Below are positions 30,625-41,248 of a DNA stretch of 64,000 bases, piece by piece. The stretch is taken from the NCBI GenBank assembly GCA_041742135.1, contig JBGSJG010000001.1, forward strand, positions 67,151 through 131,150, in the 5' to 3' direction. Under the pieces are notes generated by a model. That model worked only from the letters and a program-made list of their open reading frames with translations. It was not told where the DNA came from and ran no database searches. Each line of letters starts with the position of its first letter. Position 1 is the first letter of the stretch. This DNA is from Patescibacteria group bacterium (GTDB taxonomy: Bacteria; Patescibacteriota; Microgenomatia; UBA8517). Position numbers and translations under genes: made by a program.

Positions 30625-31578
30625 TTAACTTACAGAAGTCCCTTTGTAGATCTTTGGATTTTTGAGCCAAGAGGTGGGTGGGTTGACCACTTCACCTTGT
30701 GGCACCTCGGAAGTCTCTTCTTCGGGATTTTGATCATCAAGCTTGGCGGCGCCTTTAACGGCACGTAGTGGCATAGGCATGGGAAGTGGCCCTGCCGGCA
30801 TTGGCTGGCCTGGCATCATAGGCATCCCGGGCATCATTTGTATACCTGCTGGCCTAAATTCTTCCTTTTTGGTGTATTTTCCACCCAAGGCCATCAGCTC
30901 GCCAGACAATTTAAAGGTGTTCGCGCCAACTTCTTTACTGTTAAAATTATTACTGCCTTCGTGAATACCGGACAAGAGATTTGAAGCAATATCTGCATTT
31001 ATGCTGCCTTCAAAAGCTTTTAAGTAATCTCCAATTACTTCACTAATTGAAGAAGCTGGTCTTGAAAGGGAAATTATATTACGACCTGCGGGTGCGTTCA
31101 TATCATTTATTCCAATATGAACAAGCTTGGCTTGAGCCAGCTCATCAGTCAAAAGTGGAGGGAAGCTCTCGGGACGATCTCCGCCAATTAAAATTACTGT
31201 ATCTGCGGAAACCCCTGAGTAACTGGCGTGTACCTGGTCCTTTTTGGGAGGCTCCATCTGGCTTTTGGGGATAACCGTAAGCTTAAACTGCTCATTTTCT
31301 ACGTCATAGTTGACGCGCTCAATGTTTTCGGCTGGATAATCCAAAAAGCTTAGTACCAAGTTTTTACTACCAATTTCGTCGCTTATGCGGTCTACTCCTA
31401 CCAAACGATTAAACAAAACTCTCATTTGAGTAGGGCAACTTATTACGGCATCTTTTTTAGATTCAAGCGCCAAATAAAGCGAAAGACCGGCTGCGACTTG
31501 GTCGAAATTTGGCTCCTTTGGAAGGAGTATCAAAAGAGAATTTGAGGCCTCGATAACTGATTTAAATGATTGTTCCAT
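30625..31578 (-). CDS. DHH/DHHA1-family (NrnA-like) protein with degenerate catalytic motifs and a Met/Pro-rich C-terminal tail
   Basis: It occupies the NrnA position of the nusA-infB…rpsO-pnp operon. The fold motifs are recognisable (…SGIHEGSNNF… like GIxxDT, …GGKYT… like GGGH). The metal-binding residues are replaced (PKEPNFDQ instead of HxxPDGD). The tail is …MMPGMPMMPGQPMPAGPLPMPMPL…. Confidence 0.5.
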   Translation of the reverse strand: MEQSFKSVIEASNSLLILLPKEPNFDQVAAGLSLYLALESKKDAVISCPTQMRVLFNRLVGVDRISDEIGSKNLVLSFLDYPAENIERVNYDVENEQFKLTVIPKSQMEPPKKDQVHASYSGVSADTVILIGGDRPESFPPLLTDELAQAKLVHIGINDMNAPAGRNIISLSRPASSISEVIGDYLKAFEGSINADIASNLLSGIHEGSNNFNSKEVGANTFKLSGELMALGGKYTKKEEFRPAGIQMMPGMPMMPGQPMPAGPLPMPMPLRAVKGAAKLDDQNPEEETSEVPQGEVVNPPTSWLKNPKIYKGTSVS

Positions 31579-31612
31579 AGATCCTTCGGCTGTGCTCAGG
31601 ATGACATTGCTG

Positions 31613-32992
31613 TCACTTAATTGCGTGAATTATATCACCTTTTTCAAAAGCCACCAGAGGAGACATAATAACACCGCATTCTTCCCCTGCTTTTGCCTCA
31701 GATAGCTCGTTTTTGCCACGCCTCATCGATACAACTTTGGCACGGCCCAATTCACGCTCACCTCGCATAAGCATAAGCTTGTCGGTTTTATTAATTCGAC
31801 CTTCCAAAATCTTGCATCCCGCGACCAATGTCTTATTAAAGGGAAATGTAGCCAATATTTCGGCCTTGCCTAAAATCACAGCCTGGCCAGCTTTCACTTT
31901 GTCTAAAGCGTACTGCATAAGCTCGTAAATGATTTTAAATTCAGAAATCTCGACGTCTTCAGTTTCGGCGAGTTTTCTAACCTGGGCCGGAACCTTCGCT
32001 TCAAATGTCAGGATAATTGCTCCGGATGTTTTAGCAAAAAAGACGTCTGACTCGGTTACCTCACCAATGGCCGAGGTTAAAACGACTATTTCTTTGCCCA
32101 AGGAAGCGAGTATCGCCTCGAGTGCCCCTGACGTTGCTGCCTTGAGCACCACTCCAAGCTGATCGTGGCCAACTTTCTGAGATTTTTTTGTGGACTGGCC
32201 TTGCGGCTTGGGATCACTTCCCGATATTAACTTTGCACCCACAGGTGGAGTCTCTGTAAAGCCCAAAATAGCTACAGGTTCACCTGGAGTTGCCTCACGA
32301 ACGTTTTCGCCACTCGTGCCAAAAAGCCCTTTAACACGGGTCGATGCAGTCTCGGCGGACACATCACTTGATACTTTTAGTGTCCCGTTTTTAATAACGA
32401 CAGACACCATCACTCCCCGTTTATCTTTGTTTGTTTCAATCACATAGGCCTCCAAAGGAGCATCAGCATCGCCGGCTACTCCATTTACTTCGGCCATTAA
32501 AGTGATAAGTTCCAAAAGTTCCTTAATTCCACGGCCTTCTTTTGCAGCTACTTCAACAGATGAAACAGCGCCTCCTCGGCCTTCAAAAAATATCTCTTCG
32601 GCCTCAAGCTGCCCGCGTGCGCGCTCAACATTGGCTGAGGGTAAATCAACTTTCGTAAAAACCACAATCATGGGGATTTTATTTTCTTTGATGTAGCCCA
32701 AGGCTTCTTTCGTTTGAGGCATCAGTCCGTCATCAGCTGCAACCACGAGTAAAACTATGTCGGCAACGCGCGCGCCACGAGCTCGCATCGACGAAAATGC
32801 CGCGTGCCCCGGAGTATCAACAAAAGTGATTGTGCCGCTATCGGTCACAACTTTAGAGGCGCCAATTCCTTGAGTAATACCGCCGGCTTCACGAGAAGCA
32901 ACGTTGGATTTTCGAATCGCGTCTAGAAGTGTAGTTTTGCCGTGATCAACATGGCCCAAAACTGTAACTATTGGTGGTCGTTTGTCGCTCAT
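31613..32992 (-). CDS. infB: Translation initiation factor IF-2, a short form that starts at the G domain
   Basis: Motifs [20 protein letters not shown] and TKVD. Length is 459 aa with no N-terminal extension. Confidence 0.9.
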   Translation of the reverse strand: MSDKRPPIVTVLGHVDHGKTTLLDAIRKSNVASREAGGITQGIGASKVVTDSGTITFVDTPGHAAFSSMRARGARVADIVLLVVAADDGLMPQTKEALGYIKENKIPMIVVFTKVDLPSANVERARGQLEAEEIFFEGRGGAVSSVEVAAKEGRGIKELLELITLMAEVNGVAGDADAPLEAYVIETNKDKRGVMVSVVIKNGTLKVSSDVSAETASTRVKGLFGTSGENVREATPGEPVAILGFTETPPVGAKLISGSDPKPQGQSTKKSQKVGHDQLGVVLKAATSGALEAILASLGKEIVVLTSAIGEVTESDVFFAKTSGAIILTFEAKVPAQVRKLAETEDVEISEFKIIYELMQYALDKVKAGQAVILGKAEILATFPFNKTLVAGCKILEGRINKTDKLMLMRGERELGRAKVVSMRRGKNELSEAKAGEECGVIMSPLVAFEKGDIIHAIK

Positions 32993-33016
32993 AAATAAAA
33001 TTAATGATTGTCACGT

Positions 33017-34105
33017 TCATTCTTCAGCAACTGCGTCGGCAGCTTCTTCAGGCTTATCTTCAGATTTTTCTTCAGGTTTTTGGGACCCTTCGGCTTCCTC
33101 AGCTTCAATTCTAAAACCAGTGATTCTTCCGGCAAGTTTGATGTTCTGTCCGTCTCGGCCAATAACCAAAGAAAGCTGGTCGGCTGGAACTTTAACTACT
33201 GCTGTTAAATTTTTCTTATCAAGTGTGAGCTCGGTAATTTCAACAGGGGCAAAAGTTGCCTTTATAAGCTCGCTGGCATCCTCCGACCAAGGAATAATAT
33301 CTACTCGCTCTCCTCCAAGCTCAGTTGTAACTGCTTGAACTCGAACGCCTTTTTGGCCGACACAGCTTCCAACTGGGTCAACTCCAGGCTGGGTAGAAGA
33401 AACTGCAATTTTGGTGCGAATTCCGGGATCGCGAGCAATCGCTTTGATCTCAACTGATCCGGAAGAAATCTCCGGAACTTCTCGAGCAAAGATTTTTTTG
33501 ACAAACTCTGGGTCAGCTCGAGAAAGAATTATTTGTTTTTCGCGTGGGCCGTCTTCAATGGCTTTAAGTAAAAACGACAGGCGCTGAGCCAAATTCAAGT
33601 GTTCTGTCGGAACTCGCTCTTCGGCGGGCATGAGGCCTTCTGTTTTGCCCAAATCAACTCGAACGTTTGGCCCATCAAATCGTAGTACTGTGCCGGAAAC
33701 TAATGAGCCTACGCGGCCACCAAATTCCCCGAATACTACTCCCTTCTCTGCTTCTCGGATTTTTTGATGAATTACTTGCTTGGCAGTTTGTGCTGCGATT
33801 CTTCCAAACCCTGGAGGTGTAACATCCACTCGCTCGTCCAGCTTGGCTGGCTCAAGTTCTGTGCCGTCTTCGTCAACTTTTGCTCCGGGCCAAGCAAAAA
33901 TCTTGGCTTCGCCTGTAACATTGTCGATTTCTGCGTCGTAATCATTTGTATCAACTTCAACTCCCTGTTCGCGAGCATCTCTTTTGTATGCCGCAACATA
34001 GGCTTGTTTAATTGTTTCGAGGATTACTTCGGCATCAAGACCACGCTCCTGAGCGATTGCTTTGAGTGCCTGACTAAATTCTGTTCTTGGTCCTTGGTTT
34101 GCCAT
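33017..34105 (-). CDS. nusA: Transcription termination/antitermination factor NusA
   Basis: It has the N-terminal domain, S1 and KH (…MANQGPRTEF…AKIFAWPGAK…). The likely true start is the ATG at 34105 (MANQ), not the TTG-type start at 34144. The C-terminal tail is acidic. Confidence 0.9.
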   Translation of the reverse strand: MANQGPRTEFSQALKAIAQERGLDAEVILETIKQAYVAAYKRDAREQGVEVDTNDYDAEIDNVTGEAKIFAWPGAKVDEDGTELEPAKLDERVDVTPPGFGRIAAQTAKQVIHQKIREAEKGVVFGEFGGRVGSLVSGTVLRFDGPNVRVDLGKTEGLMPAEERVPTEHLNLAQRLSFLLKAIEDGPREKQIILSRADPEFVKKIFAREVPEISSGSVEIKAIARDPGIRTKIAVSSTQPGVDPVGSCVGQKGVRVQAVTTELGGERVDIIPWSEDASELIKATFAPVEITELTLDKKNLTAVVKVPADQLSLVIGRDGQNIKLAGRITGFRIEAEEAEGSQKPEEKSEDKPEEAADAVAEE

Positions 34106-34112
34106 GTTTTTT

Positions 34113-34138
34113 ACAAAAAAAGGTGGGTCAAGCCCACC
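34113..34138 (-). terminator. Rho-independent terminator-like hairpin between the upstream hypothetical gene and the nusA start
   Basis: On the minus strand GGTGGG-cttga-CCCACC is followed by TTTTTTT. The plus strand reads aaaaaaaGGTGGGtcaagCCCACC. Confidence 0.5.
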
Positions 34139-34202
34139 TATCAAGTAACTAATCTAGGGTATTTTAAGCTAATTGGGGTAGATAAGTCAAACTCAAAAGA
34201 AT

Positions 34203-34844
34203 TTAATCGGGGAGATTTTTTGCAACAACTGGTGCAACGCGTGCCTTTACTGTCCGGTTGTTACTATTACTGGCATCAATATCAGTTTCAACTTGGTAAT
34301 ATTCTTGGTTCAATCCGTCTCTCACGCGGACCACCGTCGAGTGGGTCTTTGCCGCGTAGTTTTTTTGGCCGCCCGCATCGTCAAGTGTAGGCAGCGACAG
34401 CATTGAAGAAATCGAATCGGGATCCATACGACCTGGGATCGGCGCTTTGATTTTATCCTCTTTGTTGGGTGCTTGAGACCAGACAAGTTCCTTCTCCTTT
34501 GGATCATAGACCAAAAGATCGACCGCAACTCCAGGCGTCTCGCTTGTTTTAACATAAGGCAAAACACCATACGATACGCCGCTGGCCTCCACAGTAAACG
34601 GCAAGTCAACTTCTTGCCCATCATGTGGTGACTTTGGCTGAAACAAAAAGGTTCGGTCCGTGTCGATTCCCCCAACCGACCCTCGCCTTGTTTGCGTTTT
34701 TTGGTCCAAATCAAGATAAACAGCAGGGCGAGCATCGACATAGGATTCGGATTTTAAAACTCCAAGTTGCGCAGGTACTGGACGTGACGTATCAAGGGAG
34801 AAGTTTGGGCGAGCAGGTGGTGTAATATCAAAGTCTTCTGGCAT
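34203..34844 (-). CDS. Hypothetical protein with charged, atypical composition
   Basis: The ORF is 213 aa with no recognised motifs. A terminator-like hairpin lies downstream. Confidence 0.45.
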   Translation of the reverse strand: MPEDFDITPPARPNFSLDTSRPVPAQLGVLKSESYVDARPAVYLDLDQKTQTRRGSVGGIDTDRTFLFQPKSPHDGQEVDLPFTVEASGVSYGVLPYVKTSETPGVAVDLLVYDPKEKELVWSQAPNKEDKIKAPIPGRMDPDSISSMLSLPTLDDAGGQKNYAAKTHSTVVRVRDGLNQEYYQVETDIDASNSNNRTVKARVAPVVAKNLPD

Positions 34845-34894
34845 AGCACCATTTTATGTTTAACGCAGTTGATAGTCAAACCTGATAGAATCAA

Positions 34895-35536
34895 TTGATG
34901 GCAGATACAGAAGAAGGCGCGGCCGCAGGCCCTTACATTGCTCCAGAGCGCAGAGCCGCTCCGGGGGTGATTTTAGTCGAGCCTCTCGTCATGAATGGCA
35001 CTTATTGCCTAGATTTAACTCCTAATAATAATCCCGAATTTTACGGTTTAGCAAAAAAAATGAGCGAGGATGCTGGCGCGAAAGCTGATCTTGCCCAAAC
35101 CGTGGCTTCAATAAACAAGTATTCTCCGCCCGGCGTACCTGCCGAAGAATATAAAAAGAAAGTCGACCCACTTCAGAAAGGTGCGATTGTTCCAATCGAC
35201 ACATTTTTCGAAGGCGACAGCAGCGTGCCCGCTTACTGTTACGAGAGGACTTTACTCACTCAGCTAGTATTAGCCCAAAAGGGGCACCAAACAATGAGAG
35301 TTAACCTCCGAAACACCCCTTCCGAAAACGCCCCTGGCTTAAATCACATGCTTCTAAAGGTCGTGGATGGACCATATATTGACACCAACGACATATCCAT
35401 TCGCGATGGCCAGAGAAATATTAGTGCCAGCATTGTCGGCCAAGAAGAGGAGCTAAGGAAAAAGTACGGTAGTTATGGGGAAATATCCATTACGCAAACG
35501 GGCGACCCAAACGTTTTTAGCCCTGTAAAACGTTGA
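34895..35536 (+). CDS. Hypothetical protein with a possible transglutaminase-like / papain-fold Cys-His-Asp core
   Basis: Segments …AYCYERTLLTQLVLAQKGHQTMRVNL…NHMLLKVVDGPYIDTND… resemble the Cys-helix, His and Asp arrangement of TGc-type cysteine peptidases. The assignment is tentative. Confidence 0.45.
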   Translation: MMADTEEGAAAGPYIAPERRAAPGVILVEPLVMNGTYCLDLTPNNNPEFYGLAKKMSEDAGAKADLAQTVASINKYSPPGVPAEEYKKKVDPLQKGAIVPIDTFFEGDSSVPAYCYERTLLTQLVLAQKGHQTMRVNLRNTPSENAPGLNHMLLKVVDGPYIDTNDISIRDGQRNISASIVGQEEELRKKYGSYGEISITQTGDPNVFSPVKR

Positions 35537-35543
35537 AAAATTG

Positions 35544-36437
35544 TTACTGAGACTCTGCCTTGTCTAACTTCTCAGCCCAATAAGAATAGGCTGCCGCCCG
35601 TAACCGCACAGGACCCTCGCCACTACCTCTACCTAGCATATATGCAACTGTCTCCCCAACAGTGCGTGCTTCTGGAATTGGCAATCCATGTTTTGTGATT
35701 ATTCTGTCTGAAGAATCTCCAATTTTTGGCCCAATGAAATATCTATCTCTCATCTCAAACACTGCCTCTTGAACCTGTTGCTCTGTAACAGAGTCTCCCG
35801 CAATCTCCCGCCATGAGCCATACTTAACCGGCGTGAGCACGTCCATAGGGCTTGAAGCATTGTTTTGATAAAATTTCTCCAAATTTCGACCAACATCACT
35901 AGTGTTGGCATCTGCTAGCAAACCAGCTTCCTGGGACCTTACAATCCTCGCCGCCGATACTGGCTGGGTAGAGATAGATATCCTCATTCTCTTTTCTTCC
36001 GGAATGTCAGTTATCATTGCCCCTAGCTTTGCGACAGGAAAGCTCATTTGAACTCTCATTTCAGACACAATTGCGTCAGTTTTTATCACACTTCTGGGGT
36101 TAGTACCGAGAGTGGAACCCAGAACCAAACCGCTCTCTAAAACAGGTTGGCCGAAATACTCCTGATTTGTTGGAGCATATAAATCAGCTTGGGGGGCGCG
36201 AATTTTGTCATCCGCTTTCCCTGTAACAAGAAGGTGCACTGCCGTGTTATCTTCAAAACGAAGCTCGAGAACGTTAGGCGCTTCTATCAGATTTAAATCA
36301 ACCAGTTTGCCTTGTTCATTGATTGCTTCAATTGGACCAATAGCTTTGGCCTTTTGGCGAAGTTCGCCTGGATCCGAGACTTGGCCACCAGACACATTAC
36401 GGCCTTCAAGTATTTGGTGAGCTGGTTCTTCTGGCAT
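35544..36437 (-). CDS. Hypothetical protein
   Basis: The ORF is 297 aa and lies between dnaJ-like and the TGc-like gene. No family was recognised. Confidence 0.45.
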   Translation of the reverse strand: MPEEPAHQILEGRNVSGGQVSDPGELRQKAKAIGPIEAINEQGKLVDLNLIEAPNVLELRFEDNTAVHLLVTGKADDKIRAPQADLYAPTNQEYFGQPVLESGLVLGSTLGTNPRSVIKTDAIVSEMRVQMSFPVAKLGAMITDIPEEKRMRISISTQPVSAARIVRSQEAGLLADANTSDVGRNLEKFYQNNASSPMDVLTPVKYGSWREIAGDSVTEQQVQEAVFEMRDRYFIGPKIGDSSDRIITKHGLPIPEARTVGETVAYMLGRGSGEGPVRLRAAAYSYWAEKLDKAESQ

Positions 36438-36444
36438 GTGTTTA

Positions 36445-37320
36445 CTATAACCCTTCTTTTCTCAATTCTTCTATTAACTTCTTCTGATCCCGATTAAGCT
36501 TGGCTGGAGTGCTTACTGCAATGCGAACGTATTCATCCCCACGCCCCGCGCCTCGCAGGTGTTTGACTCCGCGTTCACGAAGCCTCATCATACTGCCGGC
36601 TTGGGTTCCCGGCCTAATTTTAATCTTCACCTCATCGTCCACAGTCGGAACGTCTATTTCGCCTCCAAGTACAGCCATTGAGTAGGGAATTTCCACTTTT
36701 ACATAAATATCTGCCCCATCTCGCTCGAAAATATTATGAGGGCGAACATTTACAGACAGTACAAAATCTTCAAACTGAATGCGTGTCCCATCGTCAACAC
36801 CCGCTGGGATTTTGATCGTTCGTTTTTTATTATTTATGGATACTTGCTTTTCTGACCCGTGAACCGCATCCATAAAATCTACGTCGATACCGTATCTGGG
36901 GATCTGGCGAGCTTGGCGAAAACCACCTCCGCCGCCAAAGAATTGTTCAAAAATTTCGAAGGGGTCTCCAAAATCAAATCCCGCAGCCCCTGGCCCACCA
37001 CTGGAATATGAGTAAGTAAACGGCCGCTGGCCTCCACCGAAAGGGTTCCCTCCTGCAAATGGGTTGGCTCCAGCTCCTCCACCGGGCGCAAAAGCTTGAT
37101 GGCCAAATTGGTCATACGCCTGGCGTTTGCCAGAATCAGAGAGAACTTGGTAAGCTTCGTTTATTTCTTTGAAGCGCTTTTCGGCCGCTTCTTTGTTGTC
37201 TTTGTGCTTGTCCGGGTGCCACTCGACAGCTTGTTTTCTGTAAGCTTTTTTAATGTCTTCTGCCGAAGCGGTCTTATTGACCCCTAAAATATCGTAATAA
37301 TCTGCTTTTGCGGCTGCCAT
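36445..37320 (-). CDS. dnaJ: DnaJ-family co-chaperone without the Cys-rich zinc-finger domain (type II / CbpA-like)
   Basis: It has a J domain with HPD (…[14 protein letters not shown]…), a Gly-rich linker and C-terminal substrate-binding domains. No CxxCxGxG repeats are present. Confidence 0.8.
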   Translation of the reverse strand: MAAAKADYYDILGVNKTASAEDIKKAYRKQAVEWHPDKHKDNKEAAEKRFKEINEAYQVLSDSGKRQAYDQFGHQAFAPGGGAGANPFAGGNPFGGGQRPFTYSYSSGGPGAAGFDFGDPFEIFEQFFGGGGGFRQARQIPRYGIDVDFMDAVHGSEKQVSINNKKRTIKIPAGVDDGTRIQFEDFVLSVNVRPHNIFERDGADIYVKVEIPYSMAVLGGEIDVPTVDDEVKIKIRPGTQAGSMMRLRERGVKHLRGAGRGDEYVRIAVSTPAKLNRDQKKLIEELRKEGL

Positions 37321-37362
37321 GTGAGCAATATTGTATCAGGTGAAGGAAAAATTGTTAATCAG

Positions 37363-37584
37363 TTATCTCTTTAGAGTGCTAATATTAGCTTGAATATATA
37401 CATCCAAAGCATCAGCAACAAGACCTGCACGGGAGGCTTCGCCACTCGTTTCCCTCGAATGTCGTTCAAGACGATGTTTCGCACTTCTTAGCTCTCCCAC
37501 AGAAAACACGGACACATCTTGGGCGTCACCGCCATTTCCGAATTTTATCAGGGACGCATATAAGTCGTTTACTCTTTCCGTCAT
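37363..37584 (-). CDS. Small hypothetical protein
   Basis: A 73-aa ORF between dnaJ-like and the next hypothetical gene. Confidence 0.3.
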   Translation of the reverse strand: MTERVNDLYASLIKFGNGGDAQDVSVFSVGELRSAKHRLERHSRETSGEASRAGLVADALDVYIQANISTLKR

Positions 37585-37644
37585 AGTTGTGGGATTTTAT
37601 ATCCTTATGGGGATTTTATCAAGCAGTTGTATTTGCCGACTGCA

Positions 37645-38310
37645 TTAATTACGAGAAAATTTTTCAGCTAATCGTGCCGCTACACCCTTTTGTCGCCTTC
37701 CGCCTTCTCTCTGGTTATCAAATTTTCTGGCCTCAGCGAAATTCGGGCTTCCGGTCTTGCCGTCATCCCTTCGCCATGCGGCGTACTCGCCCAGAAATGC
37801 ACCCAAGTCCTCTCCTGGATGTTCCCGAATCTCCAATTTTCTAAATTTAGGGTCCCTAGCTTCACTGAGATTTCCAGGGAACTGCTTACCGACTTTTACA
37901 TAATCACCCAATACTTCAAAAAAGGTCGGGGCTTCTGCGCCTTTGCCAACTTTTCTATCCCAAACATCTTCATAGTCTGCGGCCAAGCTCCGAACCCTTT
38001 GCTCCCTTTCAGGCCGAGAGAGCCCTGGCTTATACTCATTTTTCGGATCAGTCAAAGATGCAAGCGTGCCCATTTTCCCCAAGAACTCCCTTTGGCGGCT
38101 CTCCAATGAACGTTGCTCCGAGACTGTCATATCTGTCTCACCCAACCCCTCGTAATAGTCGGCCATTTTACGATCTAGTTCACCAAGTTTTTCGGGATCT
38201 TCGTGAACCTGGCCATGAGACGTATCGATAAGATCGTTTATCCGTCTTTCGGCCACTAAAACCTTGAAGGAATCTGCGTTTATTTCAGGAAAGCTATTGC
38301 CTTCTGGCAT
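37645..38310 (-). CDS. Hypothetical, highly charged protein
   Basis: A 221-aa ORF immediately upstream of dnaK. No family was recognised. Confidence 0.45.
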   Translation of the reverse strand: MPEGNSFPEINADSFKVLVAERRINDLIDTSHGQVHEDPEKLGELDRKMADYYEGLGETDMTVSEQRSLESRQREFLGKMGTLASLTDPKNEYKPGLSRPEREQRVRSLAADYEDVWDRKVGKGAEAPTFFEVLGDYVKVGKQFPGNLSEARDPKFRKLEIREHPGEDLGAFLGEYAAWRRDDGKTGSPNFAEARKFDNQREGGRRQKGVAARLAEKFSRN

Positions 38311-38315
38311 AATAT

Positions 38316-40244
38316 TTATTCTACAACTTCGCCTTCTTCAACCCCTTCGGCTGGCTCAGGGCCTTTGGCTTTCCCATCGGCTTTTGGCTCTTCATTCTTA
38401 TCTTCCCCTTCGACTCCCTCAGGTCGCTCAGGGCTTTCAGTCTTCTGTGCTGCTTTATACATTGCTTCTCCCACTTTCTGCAGCTCTTCTGAAAGTTCTT
38501 TTGTAGCCGCTTCGATTTTCTCGCGGTCTTCACCGTCTTTAACTTCTTTCACCGCTTTTATTTTCTCTTCAACTTTTTCAACGATATCTTTAGGAGCTTT
38601 GTCTCCAGCATCTTTTATGGCTTTTTCAGCGGCATTAACAATCGACTCGGCCGTGTTTTTGGCATCAATTAGGGCTTTTTTCTTTTCATCTTCTACTTTA
38701 TTCTTCTCGGCCTCTTCCTTCATCTTCTCTACTTCTTCGTCGGTTAAGCCAACTGCACCGGTAATAGTAATGTCTTGGGTCTTACTTGTAGCCTTATCTT
38801 TGGCTGTAACTTTGAGTAAGCCATTCGAATCCATGTCAAAAGTTACTTCAATTTGAGGAACCCCTCTTGGGGCCGGAGGAATACCGTCAAGAGTAAATGT
38901 TCCAAGTTGTTTATTGTCGCGGCTCATCGGTCGCTCGCCTTGGGTAATTACAATTTGCACCTGAGTTTGATTATCTCCAGCTGTTGAAAACACTTCGGTT
39001 TTGCTGGCTGGAATGGTTGTATTTCGTGGAATCATTGGGGTTGCAACCTGGCCCATGGTCTCAATAGCCAAAGTCAAAGGAGTTACATCGAGTAGTAAAA
39101 TGTCTTTTACTTCCCCGCCCAAAACTCCACCTTGAATAGCAGCTCCGATGGCAACAACTTCATCAGGATTAACTGACTTGTTGGGCTCTTTGCCAAAAAA
39201 TGCCTTTACAGTTTCGACAACTTTTGGCATGCGGGTCATGCCTCCTACCAAGATTATTTCATCAATATCTTTCGGCTCGACCTTTGCGTCTTTAAGAGCA
39301 GCCTTTACAGGCTCCATGGTTGCGTCGATGAGGTCGCCCACCAAACTTTCAAGCTTGGCTCGGGTGAGTTTCATCGTCAAATGCATCGGCTGGCTGTCTT
39401 TTTGAGTTATATAAGGCTGGTTAATTTCAACCTCAGAAGCGGCCGAAAGCTCAATCTTGGCTTTTTCAGCTGCATCACGCACGCGCTGGAGCGCCTGATT
39501 GTCTTGCCTTAGATCCACCCCATTGTCCTTTTTGAATTCCTCAGCAATGTAGTCAACAATCTTTTCATCAAAGTCGTCCCCTCCCAAGTGAGTGTCACCG
39601 TTTGTGGATTTAACTTCAAATACCCCATCCCCAAGTTCCAAAATGGAAATATCAAAAGTTCCGCCGCCCAAATCATAAACTGCGATTTTTTCGGCCTTTT
39701 TCTTGTCCAAACCGTAAGCCAAAGCTGCGGCGGTTGGTTCGTTAATAATTCTCTCAACTTTAAGCCCAGCAATTTCTCCAGCCTGTTTTGTGGCTTGCCT
39801 CTGGGCGTCGTCAAAATAAGCGGGGACTGTAATGACAGCCGACTCCACTTTTTCGCCAAGGTAGGCTTCAGCGTCTTTTTTAAGCTTTGCCAAAACTTTT
39901 GAAGAAATTTCCTGTGGAGTATATTTCTTGCCTTCCACTTCCACCTCAGCCATGTCGGCCTTGCCAGAAACGACGTCATAGCCCACCATCTTTTTGGTGC
40001 GAGTTACTTCCGAGTCACTTGCGCGGCGACCCATGAGGCGCTTTACCGAGTAAATTGAATTTTTAGGATTTAGAATCATTTGCCTCTTGGCAACATCTCC
40101 GACGAGATTTTTAACGGGCTCAACTACTGAAGGCGTAATGTTGCGACCTGTATCCGCCGCTGGAATAACTTTGGGGGATCCCCCCTCCATCACAGCGACT
40201 ACTGAATTTGTTGTTCCTAAATCTATACCAATTATTTTTGACAT
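38316..40244 (-). CDS. dnaK: Molecular chaperone DnaK (Hsp70)
   Basis: Translation [18 protein letters not shown]…DLGGGTFD…[11 protein letters not shown]…. Confidence 0.95.
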   Translation of the reverse strand: MSKIIGIDLGTTNSVVAVMEGGSPKVIPAADTGRNITPSVVEPVKNLVGDVAKRQMILNPKNSIYSVKRLMGRRASDSEVTRTKKMVGYDVVSGKADMAEVEVEGKKYTPQEISSKVLAKLKKDAEAYLGEKVESAVITVPAYFDDAQRQATKQAGEIAGLKVERIINEPTAAALAYGLDKKKAEKIAVYDLGGGTFDISILELGDGVFEVKSTNGDTHLGGDDFDEKIVDYIAEEFKKDNGVDLRQDNQALQRVRDAAEKAKIELSAASEVEINQPYITQKDSQPMHLTMKLTRAKLESLVGDLIDATMEPVKAALKDAKVEPKDIDEIILVGGMTRMPKVVETVKAFFGKEPNKSVNPDEVVAIGAAIQGGVLGGEVKDILLLDVTPLTLAIETMGQVATPMIPRNTTIPASKTEVFSTAGDNQTQVQIVITQGERPMSRDNKQLGTFTLDGIPPAPRGVPQIEVTFDMDSNGLLKVTAKDKATSKTQDITITGAVGLTDEEVEKMKEEAEKNKVEDEKKKALIDAKNTAESIVNAAEKAIKDAGDKAPKDIVEKVEEKIKAVKEVKDGEDREKIEAATKELSEELQKVGEAMYKAAQKTESPERPEGVEGEDKNEEPKADGKAKGPEPAEGVEEGEVVE

Positions 40245-40545
40245 AATTTTAAACTAGCACTAATATACTGCGAGTGCCAAACAGTTGTCAAGAGTTATTT
40301 TCTTCAATGGCATTATAGCCACCCCAAGTACCTTGATCGTCATTTTCTCCAGCAAGCCTCGCCCAGCCTTTAATTCCTGCCAGCATGTCATCGTTATTCC
40401 CAGGTGGGACACGATGGTCGTCACGGTTAGGATTGTTTCTTCTTCTTTTCTCAATCTCAGTCTGTTTTCGCGCCTCCGTTGCAATAGCTTTGCCAGCACT
40501 TTTGCTAACACTTTCTATAGCGTCAACTTCTTTGCCATAAAAACC

Positions 40546-40797
40546 TTAAAGAATCTCTCTTCCCTGTTCATATTCTGGCCAAGCTTGGTATCTCCACCTT
40601 TCAGGCACAAGAACTGTAGGTGTGCCAAATGGACTTTCTACGATTGCTATATTGGGAGCGACCAGTTCCCAGACAAATCTTTCAGCTGCTACCTTCATTG
40701 AATCATCAATAACTCTACGGCTTCTCTTAGTAGCTGCCTCGACAGCATCCACAACATCTTGTGGTGTAATGTTTAGTCCATGTTCAAATTCAGTCAT
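40546..40797 (-). CDS. Small hypothetical protein inserted between grpE and dnaK
   Basis: The ORF is 83 aa. It overlaps the grpE stop by 8 nt, which suggests co-transcription. Confidence 0.4.
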   Translation of the reverse strand: MTEFEHGLNITPQDVVDAVEAATKRSRRVIDDSMKVAAERFVWELVAPNIAIVESPFGTPTVLVPERWRYQAWPEYEQGREIL

Positions 40798-41248
40798 TTG
40801 CTACCTTTCTAACCACAACCTTTGCAGGCCGCACAATTTGCTCTCCCTGCTTCCAGCCTACCAAACTTACCTTCTCTATAGTATTATCCAAATCCTGCCC
40901 GGCTGTTTCAAGCACTTCGATCGCCTCCATGGTTAATTCATTAAAAATTTCATCTGATTTTGGCTCGATTTTCTCAAAGCCATCATCATATAAGACCTGC
41001 TCAAATTCTTTTATGACAATCGAAAGCCCACCATCTTTGAGGTGCTCTTGGGCCCCGTAAAGCATGTCTAAAATTGGCAAAAGCCTTTTGATAACCCTCT
41101 GGCTGGATATGAAATAAAGCTCCGAAGTCATCTTCTCAGTTCGCTTTTGCAAATTGTCATAATCAGCCAATGCACGAACCAATTGGCTTTTAAGAAGCTC
41201 GACTTCTGGATTAACTTGCGTGGGTTTGGATGCTTTGGTCTTAGGCAT
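40790..41248 (-). CDS. grpE: Nucleotide exchange factor GrpE
   Basis: Translation …LLKSQLVRALADYDNLQKRTEK…IEKVSLVGWKQGEQIVRPAKVVV… has the GrpE architecture. Length is 152 aa. Confidence 0.85.
   Translation of the reverse strand: MPKTKASKPTQVNPEVELLKSQLVRALADYDNLQKRTEKMTSELYFISSQRVIKRLLPILDMLYGAQEHLKDGGLSIVIKEFEQVLYDDGFEKIEPKSDEIFNELTMEAIEVLETAGQDLDNTIEKVSLVGWKQGEQIVRPAKVVVRKVAND

Noticed and set aside
33764-34390. 208-aa plus-strand ORF, together with ORFs 33301..33504 and 33772..33999.
   Set aside because: It is antisense to nusA and the nusA start region. It is Cys/Phe-rich and typical of reverse-strand translation of a real gene.
40260-40511. 83-aa minus-strand ORF, with an alternative 138-aa plus-strand ORF, in the ~300-bp gap upstream of dnaK.
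   Set aside because: It is Arg/Leu-rich and low-complexity with no motif. The region more plausibly holds the dnaK promoter and leader, and it contains a weak TGCTAA-type half-palindrome. It is kept as noncoding.
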